A program made the translations under genes and the position numbers. DNA of 64,000 bases. Origin: Tricharina praecox (taxonomy: Eukaryota). The notes below the pieces were generated by a model. That model searched no databases and was not told where the DNA came from. It worked only from the letters and a program-made list of their open reading frames with translations. The stretch is taken from contig NW_026250415.1 of NCBI RefSeq assembly GCF_024521635.1, forward strand, positions 1-64,000, read 5' to 3'. Position 1 is the stretch's first letter. Every line of letters starts with the position of its first letter. Below are positions 37,291 to 49,120 of the stretch, one piece after another.

Positions 37291-40084
37291 ATTCAAGCGA
37301 TGTGTGGGGGTGTTTCTTTCGGTTCGGTTCGTCGGTCTTTCTTTTTTATTTGCCCGGCGCGAAGAGCAGAGTGGACTATGGACCTGATCGATTAAGCACT
37401 CGCAGACTGCAATTGCAGGTTGGCCCGCGGCGAAACGGGCCACTCCGCATTTATATGTGCACCCTCTGAGTGCGCAGGGCTGCCATGCCACCAAGAGTAG
37501 AGTAAACTAGAGGAAGTATCGTTGAGTGCAACCGGGTTGGAATTAGCTGTGGATAGCGCCGGACGATTTAGATGGTTTCGTGCCCACGGCCACCACACCA
37601 ATACCAACGTCCGGCCAATGCGCCGCTCCCATCTTACCGGAGGGGGGGGGGGGGGGGGGGGGGGCGAGTCTTAGGGGCGATTGGTCGGCCTGACGGCGAG
37701 AATTCGGTCCGTAATCTGGATTCTGCACAGCGCAGCCGGGAATAACCTGATTTCCGAGGCGCGTGCTCACGGTAGAGCACCGTGGAAAGCCTAGATCCAA
37801 GTACCCAAGCACTTTGAGTACCTTTGTAGATATGTATCGACCACGGCCATGATCGTCTGTGAACTCGTCACCACGAGTTCTACGACTATATACGAGCGCG
37901 AATCGTGGAACGTTGAGCGTGTCGTCGCGGCCGGCCATCGGGAAACCCGCGTTGCCCCCCCGGCCACCCCTTTGGAGATCTCCACATTTCGCGACGGCAT
38001 CATCCGCCCGTCCGTCCTAGATAGGATCAGACCCGTCACCCGTCACGGGGAAGGAAGCTCACGGGACAACCCTCGTTCGTTCAGTCCTGCCCTGCCCTGC
38101 CGCCGCGCCACTGCGAGTTTGCTCCGCCAAAAAAAAAAAATGCACGCATGCACGCACGCTTTTATCACCGATCGCCCCCACGCCTCGCCCATGCAACCTC
38201 GCCTCGCCTAGTGCCGTGGTGGTCGTGTTGGCTAGCCGAGTGCAGCTCTAAGGGCCGAGAGTCGAACTTGAACTCGAACTCGACCGCGAACCCGAGGGGT
38301 GCTCCGACTTCTCACGTTGAGTCGTTCGTTGACGAGAACTTTGCTCCGGTCTCTGTGCCCGATGATCAGAGATTTGTGGCGATCCGTGATGGGGATAACT
38401 ACCGTAGATACTAGTGCACGAAGCTCGTGTGTCCGGCGGATGGTGGCGAGGCACGGCACATAGGATGGTTAGGTGGAGAAGCTTAAAGGCACCTTCATCA
38501 CGGCGATGCCGGCGCCAATCGATTCCAGGATAGACACGCTCGTGACTGTGGTGGCTTAAGCCCTGCGTCGACGGTAAGCGATGTCGATGTAGAGCCCGCA
38601 GGGTGCACATTGCTGTCTGTATGGAACAGCATCTGCCATTTGCCTCCAACTGTAGCATACTCGTACGGTAGGTGTCGTATGTAGTCGTACGTCTCGCACC
38701 GTTGGTATCGATCCTGCCCCTCGAACGGTCGAATCATAGATGGAAATTGCAACAACCGCGCCCCATTACGCGCGCACAGTGTCAGTTCAGTCTCCAACAA
38801 GACCACGGTTCTACGATTCCTCCGCTCTGTCTCCTGCGCCATATTCAAGCCGTCACTGCATAAAACACCAACAAGATCAACATCAACATCAACAGCAACA
38901 ACAGCAGCAGCAACAGCAGTTCGTTCGCGTATGCATAGCTCGGAAAAATATTCCTTCAAGTTCAAGCCAACGGCTGTGCAACCTGCAGGGATCGAGCAAA
39001 GATCAAACCGCACGGCGTCTTCCGTTCGCTTATTTATCCAGCAGCTTCCAGCTTGCTTGGCTGGGCAGTGGGCAGTGGGCAGTGGGCCAGGCATTCGAAT
39101 TTCGAATGCCATGGTGAGCTATAAATTATCTGCGTGCATAACTATCATAATACATGCACGAGGGGATTGGGGTGAAGATAACTACCGGTATGCGTGTAGT
39201 CTACTAACTGGTTTGCAATGGAATAGAATGGAGGAAAGGTGTAGAGTATGTTGGTAAGTAACCTCTTGAGTATAAACACCCGATCGATGGACGTTAGAGT
39301 CTGTACAGAATCACACCACGATCGCCCGTAGGCCGTAGCGATCATACTCTACCCAGATAGCCCCGGTTTGTGAAGCGAGAAGCGCGATGCGCGGCCTCGA
39401 CAATCGGACCGGCCTCGACAATCGGACCGGCCTGACCGAATCGATGCGTATCGGATCCAAAGCCACAGGTCGGTTGTGTGACGGCGTCCCGCATGCAGGA
39501 CGCTCTAAGCTTTCTAACTTTTCTAACTACCGCTCTGCCCTGTCCTGCCCTCGAGCGGGAGGGCGCAAGTTGCAAGTTGCCACAGACTTCAAAGTTCACG
39601 GAACGAGGCCTCGAGCCCACGGCGCCACGCAAGAGCGAACGCGAAAGCGAGAATGATTATCTATGCGCGGGCAGCTGGTTTCGGTCCGAACGAGCGAACG
39701 AACGAGCGTCGAGCGGCCGGGCGGGCGGGTGATTGCCCAGGGGCGTCGCCTGTGTTTTGCTTTGCTATAGCAATTCTAGGTGCCGACAGGTGTTAACTAC
39801 TAGCCGCTTCCGAAAGCTCGCCACTGGGCTGCCGCACACACGGCGCACACACGGCCTCGGCGCAGAAATGCCTCATCCGTCGTCCTCTTGGAGACGGGAG
39901 TCCTTGACGCTTTCGAAGTCATGTACATATGTAGGCTGTGTAATGTGCATAGCATCCATCAGCTCCGCTTTTGGGCTTGACTTCAGGGCTTCGAGAGTTG
40001 AGATGCAAGAGTCAAGACTATGCGATTTGCGATATGCGAGCTGCAAGCCGCGAGCTGGCGGGTGGTTGATGGCTTTGAGACTTG

Positions 40085-40298
40085 TAGTGTTCTCCAGAGT
40101 CCAGTCCGTCCGTCTTGAGCCTTGGGCGGGATTGAACTGTATCTTGGCAATCCGTCCGGCGGCAGTGTTCGGATGGACTGGACCAAAAGAAATCGACGGC
40201 AGAACGGACTGCAGTCGACAGTCCGCATCCAGTCCACGAAATCTGTGGACTGGACGGACTACTTTTACGCAGTCCGGACTGGACTATGTCGAACACTG
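40085..40298. mobile_element. hAT-type MITE, older copy (214 bp)
   Basis: Termini TAGTGTTC.../...GGACTATGTCGAACACTG; flanks GAGACTTG / GAGACGTG (7/8 TSD); co-linear with 59426-59663. Confidence 0.85.
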
Positions 40299-40612
40299 GA
40301 GACGTGTGGACCTATCACCTATTTGTGAGGCTTGCGAGTGCAGCGGAAGTTGGAACATGCGTCGATTTTCTCTTTCTCCAAGCCTGTGTGTACCGGCATT
40401 GGTGTCACGAAGGATTGCCACGCCATGAACCAACTGGTAGGCTAGTACATAAATACCGATATGTCTCAGTTTCGAAGTCGATGAGACGATTCCACCAGGC
40501 TTTCAAGAATACCGATACCCCTCACACACTTGTTCGAGTGTCGAATGTCGAGTCTGGATTCGGGACAACATGCGCGGCTTCGTCCAGCGGCCAGTCTGGT
40601 GGGATAACATAT

Positions 40613-42030
40613 CCCTAGGGTACAAGGAATGCGGCAAGCCACAGATAAGTAAATGCGAGCCTGCCTGTAAACTGGCTCCTGACACAAAATGCGGCTCATT
40701 TGCTGTGGTAATTCAGGCTTCTGCTAGTAGATTGGCCTAAGCTGAGGCAATAGGCGGTTGGTAGTAATTGCGGCCAGTTTATGATGGCCAAATTGGGCTC
40801 TTATACTAAATATGGCTGTCGATACTCAATGTGTCGATTGGAGAGGAGCCTAATTTGGCGTTGAGGTGTAAACTGGCGATCGGCAGTAAATTCAATATCT
40901 CTCCAACACTCTCTTCGGGCATCCGTAGCTAAAAAGATACCTTGCCGCTCATTAGGCTTCCGGCTCGAGTGATGAATAGGCTTCGATTTATAAATGGAGC
41001 ATTTTCTCCTTATTCGCCGACCCCGCCATGCCCACTACTAACCACATTCGCTTCTTCCCGCCGACGGCTATTCCATCACTTCCTCATCTCGCTGACAACT
41101 CCTCCTCTCCTCCCCTCTCTAACAGCTCCTCCTTCCCTTCATCCCCTCGCCCACAACTCCTCCATCGCACCCCCCCGGTGCCTCGCTGACAGCTATTCCA
41201 TCACTTCCTCATCTCACCTACTAACGCTCTCCCATTACAGACAGCTCCCTCCTCTCGCAGACGGCTCCTCCTACAATTCCTCCACTTCCTCCTCTAACCC
41301 ACAGCTCCTCCATCATTGAGTCCTCTCGCTGACAGCTCCTCCTCCTCCCGCCGCAACTCCTCCTCCCGCCGCAACTCCTCTCGCTCCTCATCTTGCTAAC
41401 AGCTCATCCGCTTACTAACGGCTCCTCCTCTCGCTTCCACATGGCGTCGATAGCTCCTCCATCACTGTCGTTCACTCTCTCACAGTCTCTGGTCTTCCCA
41501 CAGTAAGTACGTATTGCGCTCCTAGACCTAGCTCGCTGCAGATACCTCACTGCCATCGCCGGTACTGACGGACTGTCTATTCCGCACGCCGGCCATGTTG
41601 AATTTGTGTCAAGGTACCCGGGTGAATGCCGGAGAGCGGGGAGAGCAAGGAGAGCGGAGAGGCGGGGAGAGGCGGGTTCCGGTTTGCATAGGCGCGGAGG
41701 GGCGGAGGGGCGGATATATATGGGGTTAGCAGCAGTAGCTATCATACATAGAATCACAGCAATTTCAATCAGCAGTTCGTGCTCGTGTGATTGTTGAGGT
41801 CAGCCATATAAGCTCCTAAAAGCCGTATGAGTGACAGCGCCCTTTTAGAGCCCTTGTACGTAGAGCCTTTTTAGACTATAGAGCCCTTTAAGACTATGGA
41901 GCCCTTTAATAGCCGGATTAGGGCCTTTTTAGGAGCCCTTTTAGAGCCGTTTGACTGTCATCCTCCCAGGCCGTATTAACTCGTGCCCATTTAGTTAATA
42001 CGGCAGTGCCGCATTCCTTGTACCCTAGGG
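40613..42030. mobile_element. Non-autonomous TIR DNA transposon (~1.4 kb)
   Basis: 24-bp perfect inverted repeat CCCTAGGGTACAAGGAATGCGGCA (40613-40636 / 42007-42030); subterminal GAGCCCTTTTA-like repeats at ~41838-41950; low-complexity interior. Confidence 0.85.
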
Positions 42031-43309
42031 TATAGCTGGGTGAGGAATCACGTACGACTTTGTGGATCGTTCGTTCACTCGTTCGTTAGTTCGCTGCGGC
42101 TAATGCCCGGCGAAGGACTGGCAGCCCTCAGCCTTCCGGTCCCCGATGGAGGGTGCAATCCATCCTGGCTGAAAATCAGGTACTGGTAGGTATGTGCTAA
42201 AGACAGGTCAACGGAATGGTACTCTGAACTTAACCCCCGCGTTTGGCAAATTATTGTCGAACAGTCGAACTTCGAAGTGTGTATCATACATACAGCTACC
42301 GAACAGTCCATGCGGGTCCTGGCGTCCGCCGTCTATCCGCCCGGTTAGTCCGGCATCCGTACTCTGGCAGGCCAAAGACGGGCCGGACCCGCCGCCGCAT
42401 CGACAGCCGTTTCAACTTTCAAGGTGCTCGAACTGAAGAGGAGACAATGCCTGATGTACGGAAGATTTGGACTCAGCGAGCAAACGAAATACCAACTTAC
42501 AAAGACAAGAAAATCCAAGAAATGGTCAGTGTCTGTGTTTCCGCTTGGTCGGTGTTTCCACTCGAGCAGTCAACCAGTACTCTAGCTAACGGGGGGTTGC
42601 CAGGGCAAGCAAAGACTCGGGATTCAGCCCATGCCATCAATTATCACTATCGCTCCGTAACCGGCTTCCCACAACCCACCGCTCACCGTCGGCCTCGGCA
42701 ACTCCTGACGATCCAGGCAAATGCAATATATTCCCTTCCCCGGCCTACCTGCTCCATATGAACTCTGGAATAGAGTAGCTAGAGTGCCGTTAGGACGATT
42801 GGCGGGACCTACTTATGTACTACCTATACCGCACATAGTAACTATGGCTGAGGTCGCCGCCAGCAGGAATATTCGTCAACGTACCTAATAGTAGTGGAGT
42901 TCCGCCAGTCGCCGGTTGGGGTGTGCCGTACTATGAGGGCCATGATGGGTTACGCCATCTCATATGAGCATCGGAGCATCGAAGGGTGTTGATTTTCCGC
43001 CGCCGCCCGCTTCACTCCACTTCACTCCGCGCAGGTTACAGAGCGGAGGGATGCAGACACGGTAGGGATTGATATCGAACCGAACCGACCACAACCGGGC
43101 CGCCCAGTAACCGTGAAAGCGTGCTCCGTCGGCAGAGGTCCCAACTATGGCCCGCCGAGCGACATATATATCGTCCCTGCGGGATATTTGGAATTCAGTT
43201 TTTGTTTCGCGTCTGGTCTGGTCTGGTCTTTCCGTTCGATTCGATTCGATCCGCAGTTCACACAGACTCACCCGCAGACATTTGGCATCTCGATAGCGAC
43301 AGACAGAAA

Positions 43310-44350
43310 ATGCGGGGATTGACACAGGCGTTGGGCTGCTTGCTCCTTTTCCTCATGGCGGTTGCGGCCGCAAGTTCCGCCGTTGGTGTGTTGTCGGCGG
43401 GAGCGAGAGGTGGTGGAGTCGAGACTGACAGACCACACACAGCTGTGGCCGAAGCCGAATCTAGTATCGTCATCGAACGTCCGTTTACATCCACCCATCC
43501 CCCCAGATCCAGCCGACTAACAACCATACACACAGGCCAGACACCCAGCGCCAACCGCCTCGTCGGCGTCGGCATAGCCGTATACGACCTCTCCCGAGCC
43601 TACGCCTTCTACACCACGGTGATGGGAATGAAGCCGCTAACAACCTACAACACGAGCACGTACGACGAGATAGTACTATACTACCCGAACACGACGACCG
43701 CATCACTAGTGCTGATGTCATGGCACGACGGGCGTGGCCCCTCTCAGACCACGCCCGTGCCGGTGAAAGTCGTCTTCTTCGTGCGCGACCCGCGGGGATT
43801 GGCGCGGCGGATCCGCGATGCCGGGCTGCAGGTCACGAGTACGCCCGGCAGGTTCACGACGGGGTTCGCGAGGGACCCGGACGGGTACACGGTCGAGATC
43901 AATAATGTTGCCGCGCTGGAGACGGACGCGGACGCGGTGTTGGCCGCTGTCGGCATTGGCATGCAGGACTTGCCGACGGGGCTCAAGTTCTACCAGGAGG
44001 CGGTCGGGATGGAGAGGCAGAGTACGCTGAGGCTTGGTGGCTGGGACGAACATATACTGAATTTTCCGGGGGCGGAGGGGTCCTCGCTGGTGCTGGTTAA
44101 TTGGCATGATGGCAAGACGAGGGAGTATAAGGATGTGCCCGTCAAGCTCGTGTTTGGCCTGCAGGATCCGGTCGCGTTCGCGAAAAATCTGGCGGTGAAG
44201 GGCGGGACGGTGATCCAGGAGCCGGCGCCGAGACCGGAGGTTGGCGGCGCGACGGTCGGGTTCGGACGGGACCTGATGGGATACTTGTTGGAGATGGTCA
44301 AGTTGAGTCAGCTTGGGGGTAGTACCGCGAGCAATGCCACCAAGCTATGA
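43310..44350 (+). CDS. Secreted tandem VOC (glyoxalase/bleomycin-resistance fold) protein, 322 aa; exons 43310-43463, 43536-44350
   Basis: Signal-peptide-like MRGLTQALGCLLLFLMAVAAA; two repeats of GI.V.DL....FY...GM ... PVK.VF ... F.RD..GY..E; 72-nt in-frame intron with CTAAC branch point. Confidence 0.88.
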   Translation: MRGLTQALGCLLLFLMAVAAASSAVGVLSAGARGGGVETDRPHTAVAEAESSIVIERPFTSTHPPRSSRLTTIHTGQTPSANRLVGVGIAVYDLSRAYAFYTTVMGMKPLTTYNTSTYDEIVLYYPNTTTASLVLMSWHDGRGPSQTTPVPVKVVFFVRDPRGLARRIRDAGLQVTSTPGRFTTGFARDPDGYTVEINNVAALETDADAVLAAVGIGMQDLPTGLKFYQEAVGMERQSTLRLGGWDEHILNFPGAEGSSLVLVNWHDGKTREYKDVPVKLVFGLQDPVAFAKNLAVKGGTVIQEPAPRPEVGGATVGFGRDLMGYLLEMVKLSQLGGSTASNATKL

Positions 44351-44582
44351 GCTTGGACGGATGGAACCGTCGTTTTGTATGTAGGTATGTACTCAATGTT
44401 GCTGGATGATTTGAGCCGTGCTCTAGCGACTTACGATACGTCAAGTTGTAAGCATAAATAGTATTCAACGGTCCTCATGACTCGATAAAGGTTGCAAAAA
44501 ATCGGAAAATCGGAAAATCTATTAACTCGCTCACCATGCTACCTATTAATCTCGACTCTAGAGAATAAACAAGCCCCCTCCA

Positions 44583-45533
44583 TCACCAACTTCCGCGCTC
44601 CCAGGTGGCCGGCGTCAAGCCACAACTCTGCTCCCAAAAACTGGCAATATCGTCAATCTCGTCGGGTATCTAGAACTGTAAGTCCAAGTAACGTTCGGGA
44701 ATCGGGAATTAACGAACCTTTATTCTATGCGGAAGCCCGCGGTACCTCCTCCACACCACATCCATGCCCAGCGCCTTGAGGCCCCCGTAGATCTCCCTCC
44801 CAACCAGGTACTTGACCACCTCATCCGAATCTCCGTGCCCGAGCCACGCCGGGGTCTTCAGCACCTGGGAAACGACCTCCTTCTCGAACGCATCCTGGCC
44901 CAGTACCCGCTCCCGTAGCGCACCCAGCACCCTTGTCCTCTCCCGCAGCTTGAAGGCCTCATCAGCATCCCAGATCGGCACGTCAACATCCCTAGTTCCC
45001 GTCACCACCGCGCCGACCGGCATCCCTTTCCTTGCCAGCTCCCTCCTGATCTCGAGCGCGAACGGCAACCACCCGCTGAGCCCGAGCACACCTCCCAGTC
45101 TCCTCCCACCCAGCAGCAGCGCCACGAGCGCCACCGCCGCGCCCTGGCTCAGCCCCCCAAGCAAAATATTCTCCGGCGGGATGCCGGCGGCGACCTCGTC
45201 CTCGATCAGCGCATGGATGTGCTCGACGACGCCGCGCAGGCCCTCGAGCTGCGTCGGCGTGTACGACTTTGGGTCCGTGCCATTATAAAAGTCGAACCAC
45301 TGCGCGATGTGGCGGCGGAACGTGCACGAGAACGTTTCCGACGGGGTCGGGAACACGAGTTTTAGGGTTGGGTATCGGCGCGAGGCGGTGAGGTCCGCGG
45401 TGAACGCGGGCCCGAACACCGACGCACTGTCGCCGCGCCCGTGGAGGAAGATCAAAGTGTGGGTGTGGTCCGTCTTTGCGGGGATCGTCAGCGGCGTCAG
45501 GAACGCCGGCGGCTGCTGCTTGCTGGTCGACAT
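44583..45533 (-). CDS. Phospholipase/carboxylesterase (acyl-protein thioesterase-like alpha/beta hydrolase), 300 aa; exons 45533-44718, 44669-44583
   Basis: LIFLHGRGDS, QWFD, GGLSQG nucleophile elbow, LSGWLP, HGDSDEVV, GLPH, then IPDEIDDI after a 48-nt intron. Confidence 0.9.
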
Positions 45534-47348
45534 GGCAGATCGTGTGCTGGCGGGGATGTTTTTGTGGTGGGGGGATTCGGGGATAAACCGAACAGGGAGT
45601 GGGATCAGCGGGCGGTCGAGCAGCTGGCTGCTGGGGTGTAAATGTAGTCGGTCGATGCGGGATGCGGGGTACCCTGGATGACGTAGGGGCAAAGGACTGT
45701 CGTGCGAAGCCTGTTGGATCGCTGGACCGGCCATGGCGCCAAGTAAGTAACGTGTACTCTAATTTCGATTAAGCGAGCCCGAATACGAATGAGCGGGGAA
45801 TTCAGGATCCTCCGAAAGCATATCTATCTCCGTGTCTCTGATGGGCTGGCTGTCCAAAGGCTTCGTCGAAGGCCGACTTGCATATTCAAAGGACCGGCCA
45901 CTGGTCATATTCTTTCCCGCGGCATCGATTCGATATTCTTGTTCAGGGCCACCGTCCCATAAACCACGAGGAGCTATTCACGCATTCTCCGTCGATCCAG
46001 ATGGATGAATTAGGTGATTTGATTTCACATGGGGTGGTTCTATCCTCAAAAGCTCTTCTCTTCTTCATATGTACATATGTATATTGATTGGGCCATTCCT
46101 TTTGCTTTTTCCATCTCCCCTCGGCCAACTTGCACAGCTCGATTGCATCCTTCACGTATATACTAGCTTTGCTTTCGGACTGAAACTGGCATCGAGGTGT
46201 CGAGTTTCTATGATATGGTATTTCCCCGATCTCCGAGACTTCGTCATATGGGAGCTTTACCGGCAAAGCGCCGGGCTCGAATTGGTCTGGTCTTGTACAT
46301 GCATACACCACTCCATCAACAACATGCCTTGCATCTGTTCCACCGGTAGCGACCCGAACACTCCCTGTGTACCAATTATCCCCTCGTCCTTTACTCCTCG
46401 AAACCAACTTCTGACTTCCGACTCGAACCCGATTGAGCACGTGCGCAGCTTGGCTTTCTGCACGCTGCGATGACTGTTCGGAGCCGAGAAGGAATCGATT
46501 GGCCCGGGCAAAGTCCTCATGCATGCAGGAGTACTGAGTACTTATGCACCGCAGTAACGTGCTTTGGGGGCCGATCTTTATTCTGACATCGGAACTTGGC
46601 AGCAAACACGCAGAGTGACGGCCGATGATCCTCGTAAGCGGTGGCGATAAGTTTCGGTGGCCCTAGTTCTCGCTACCACAGTTGTACTCTGCTTAGGGGC
46701 GTGTGCCGTGCGGGGACGTTGCGGGAAGCTTGGCGGTCTCGCTCCCTCGCTCGCTCGTGCTTGGAGGCGTCCCTGCTTGCTTTGTGCGAGCTCACGGCAC
46801 ACGGCTCCCCATTATACGGGTTCTCTGGGCACCATCTACAGCCCGTCTCTTAGTCTATTCTGACGACGGCCCAAGCTTCAACCAACTATTGATATTGCCG
46901 GAACCCGCATCCATGCACGGGTCTTTCCCAACAGCGCCGATAAGGCCGAAGGGTAATTGGTTTCTATCCAAAAGTGTCGCCAACACTGAACTTGGGCGCT
47001 TCTGAGACCACAGTGTTAAGGTCCGATCGGGCAGACTGCGCGCGGTTAGGTATGTATCAGCCGCGGAGAGTACTTTCCAACTCTATCCAGGTCTTCCCAG
47101 CATCCCCCAGCAACCATCCAGATAGGAAACCCTGCAAAGTGACATTTCAGCCGGATATGACATACATGATGTACCTACTCTATATACTTCGACCGGAAAC
47201 TCGAGCAGCCGAGCTCCTTTTCCGGTTCTCAGCTCACTGGAACATGGAGGCTTCACCCTCGGACAGAGTCCATTATCTCCATCGCCTCTGCATAGCCCTT
47301 TCACCCTCAACTTTTTGCTCCCTACTCTCAGTTACACCTCAGCCCCCA

Positions 47349-47866
47349 TGGACCCTGCTAAACACGAATCCATCTCCTCCACCTCACGCCCGGAAACCCC
47401 GGTGCGCAGGCAAGCAACAAGCGCTGGCGATTGCAGCGGAGGCGGAGTGGTCGCGCAGTGCTGCTTCCGCCCCGAAGTCATACTGCAGCGCACACGGAGC
47501 GAGACGATCCACAAGCGGGTTGAGCTCAGCACCAGCTCTTACTCCTCACGTACGCCGACCGCAGCGGATGCGGAAACCTACGATACATCCCTCCTGGGGA
47601 CTTTCTCGAGCATGACGGTCAAGAGGAAGAGGGTGGATTGTGGCGTAGAGGATGCGAAGGAGGTAGTGGAGGAGGGTGAGCGGACCACGAGGTATCATCG
47701 GCGGCGGCGGCATCCCGGCGGGTTATTGCCGCCGGGGAAGCGCAGGAATCGGGAGAAGAGGAAGGCAGCCGGGCAACAAGGGAAGGCCGAGAGCGACAGG
47801 CCGAGAAAGAAACAGTGGGAGGGAGTCGAATCGGCGGAGACGAAAGCCGCCACCGAAAATCCGTAG
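47349..47866 (+). CDS. Hypothetical basic/charged small protein
   Basis: ATG-started ORF of ~172 aa; no recognisable domain. Confidence 0.25.
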
Positions 47867-48370
47867 ACCGGCCGGCCAGCCCGCACTCTACGCCCCGGGG
47901 TTAAGAACACGAATAAGCCCGCCTGTGTATGGCTCGGTTGCGTCGTGTCGTCTTTTGCTGCGGTTCGGTGTTTGCGTGTGCGCCTACGACGCCTGCACGT
48001 ACCGGCGCGGAGTTGCGGTGTTGGTTACACACACCTTGCCCCGGACTTTATTTCAGGCCAACACGGGGTTTAGCGGGGTCGGGTAGATTGGGTGGCCGAT
48101 TGCGCCTGCGGCCTACGTCCTCCACCTCCGGGCATGCCGGAGCTATCGTTTTCGGAGTCGTGGTGATGCCGATAATGAGTGCGAGGACGTCACCACCAAC
48201 ATATTTCTGAAGAGTCATTGGTATCTATCGACAGAATATAAATGGCCTGGTGATCCGGAACGAGAGGAGGAACACATCAACCTCAGCCGCAGCAAGCATA
48301 CGAACCACCACACAAGACCACCACCTCACCTCCAGCCTCTAAATCTCCACTCCCCAACCCCAAAACCACC

Positions 48371-49120
48371 ATGACCTCAGTCCAGCACCTCGCCTTCTTC
48401 GGCGCCACCGGCGGTTGCGCGCTAAACGCACTGATCCACTCTCTTACCGTGGGGCACATCTGCACCGCTTTGGCCCGCACCCCCTCCAAGCTGATCACAC
48501 TACTCACCGCGGCCGCCGCGCCCACCGAGAACCTAACCATCATCCCGGGGGACATCGACACGCCATCGGCGGTAGCCGACACACTCTCCAACGCCACAAC
48601 GGTGATCTTCGGCGTGGGCGGGGCACCCGCATTCTCGCCGAACCCGCTCACGTTCTTCATGACGCTGAGCGACCCTACGATCTGCGAGCGGGGGATCACG
48701 CAGGTGCTCTCGGCGCTGCGCGCTCGCGCGCAGCGCCCCCTGGTCTGCGTCATCTCCACTACCGGCCTGGGCGACAAGAGCGATCTGCCGCTCGCCATGC
48801 GGCCGCTGTACAAAGCTCTCGATGTCCCGCATAGGGATAAGCGCGGCATGGAGGAGCTGGTGGTTAAAGCGGAGCAGGAGGGGGTCCTGGAAGCGTATGT
48901 CATCGTTAGGCCCGCGCTGTTGACCGATGGTGAGAAGACGGCGAAGCTCAGGGCCGGGTATAGGGGTAGGGCGAAGACGGGTGGAGGCTGGGGGGATGTC
49001 CAGGGCGAGGCTGTTGGATGCACCGTCAGCAGGAGGGATGTGGGCCACTGGATCTTTGAGGAGGTCGTGCAGGGACGCGGCGGCGAGTGGAAGGGACACG
49101 GTGTGAGTCTGGCGTATTAG
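48371..49120 (+). CDS. NAD(P)-binding Rossmann oxidoreductase (atypical SDR / flavin reductase-like), 249 aa, intronless
   Basis: AFFGATGG, ALARTPSKL, GD, ISTTG, PHRDKRGME, IVRPALLTDG, VSRRDVG.WIF; TATAAA at ~48237. Confidence 0.9.
   Translation: MTSVQHLAFFGATGGCALNALIHSLTVGHICTALARTPSKLITLLTAAAAPTENLTIIPGDIDTPSAVADTLSNATTVIFGVGGAPAFSPNPLTFFMTLSDPTICERGITQVLSALRARAQRPLVCVISTTGLGDKSDLPLAMRPLYKALDVPHRDKRGMEELVVKAEQEGVLEAYVIVRPALLTDGEKTAKLRAGYRGRAKTGGGWGDVQGEAVGCTVSRRDVGHWIFEEVVQGRGGEWKGHGVSLAY

Noticed and set aside
38498-39117. Overlapping 204-aa minus and poly-Q plus ORFs
   Set aside because: Driven by a CAA/CAG microsatellite; no domain or splice support
45943-46605. 220-aa minus-strand ORF
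   Set aside because: Non-ATG start and no recognisable motif; may be a gene fragment, but I cannot support a call
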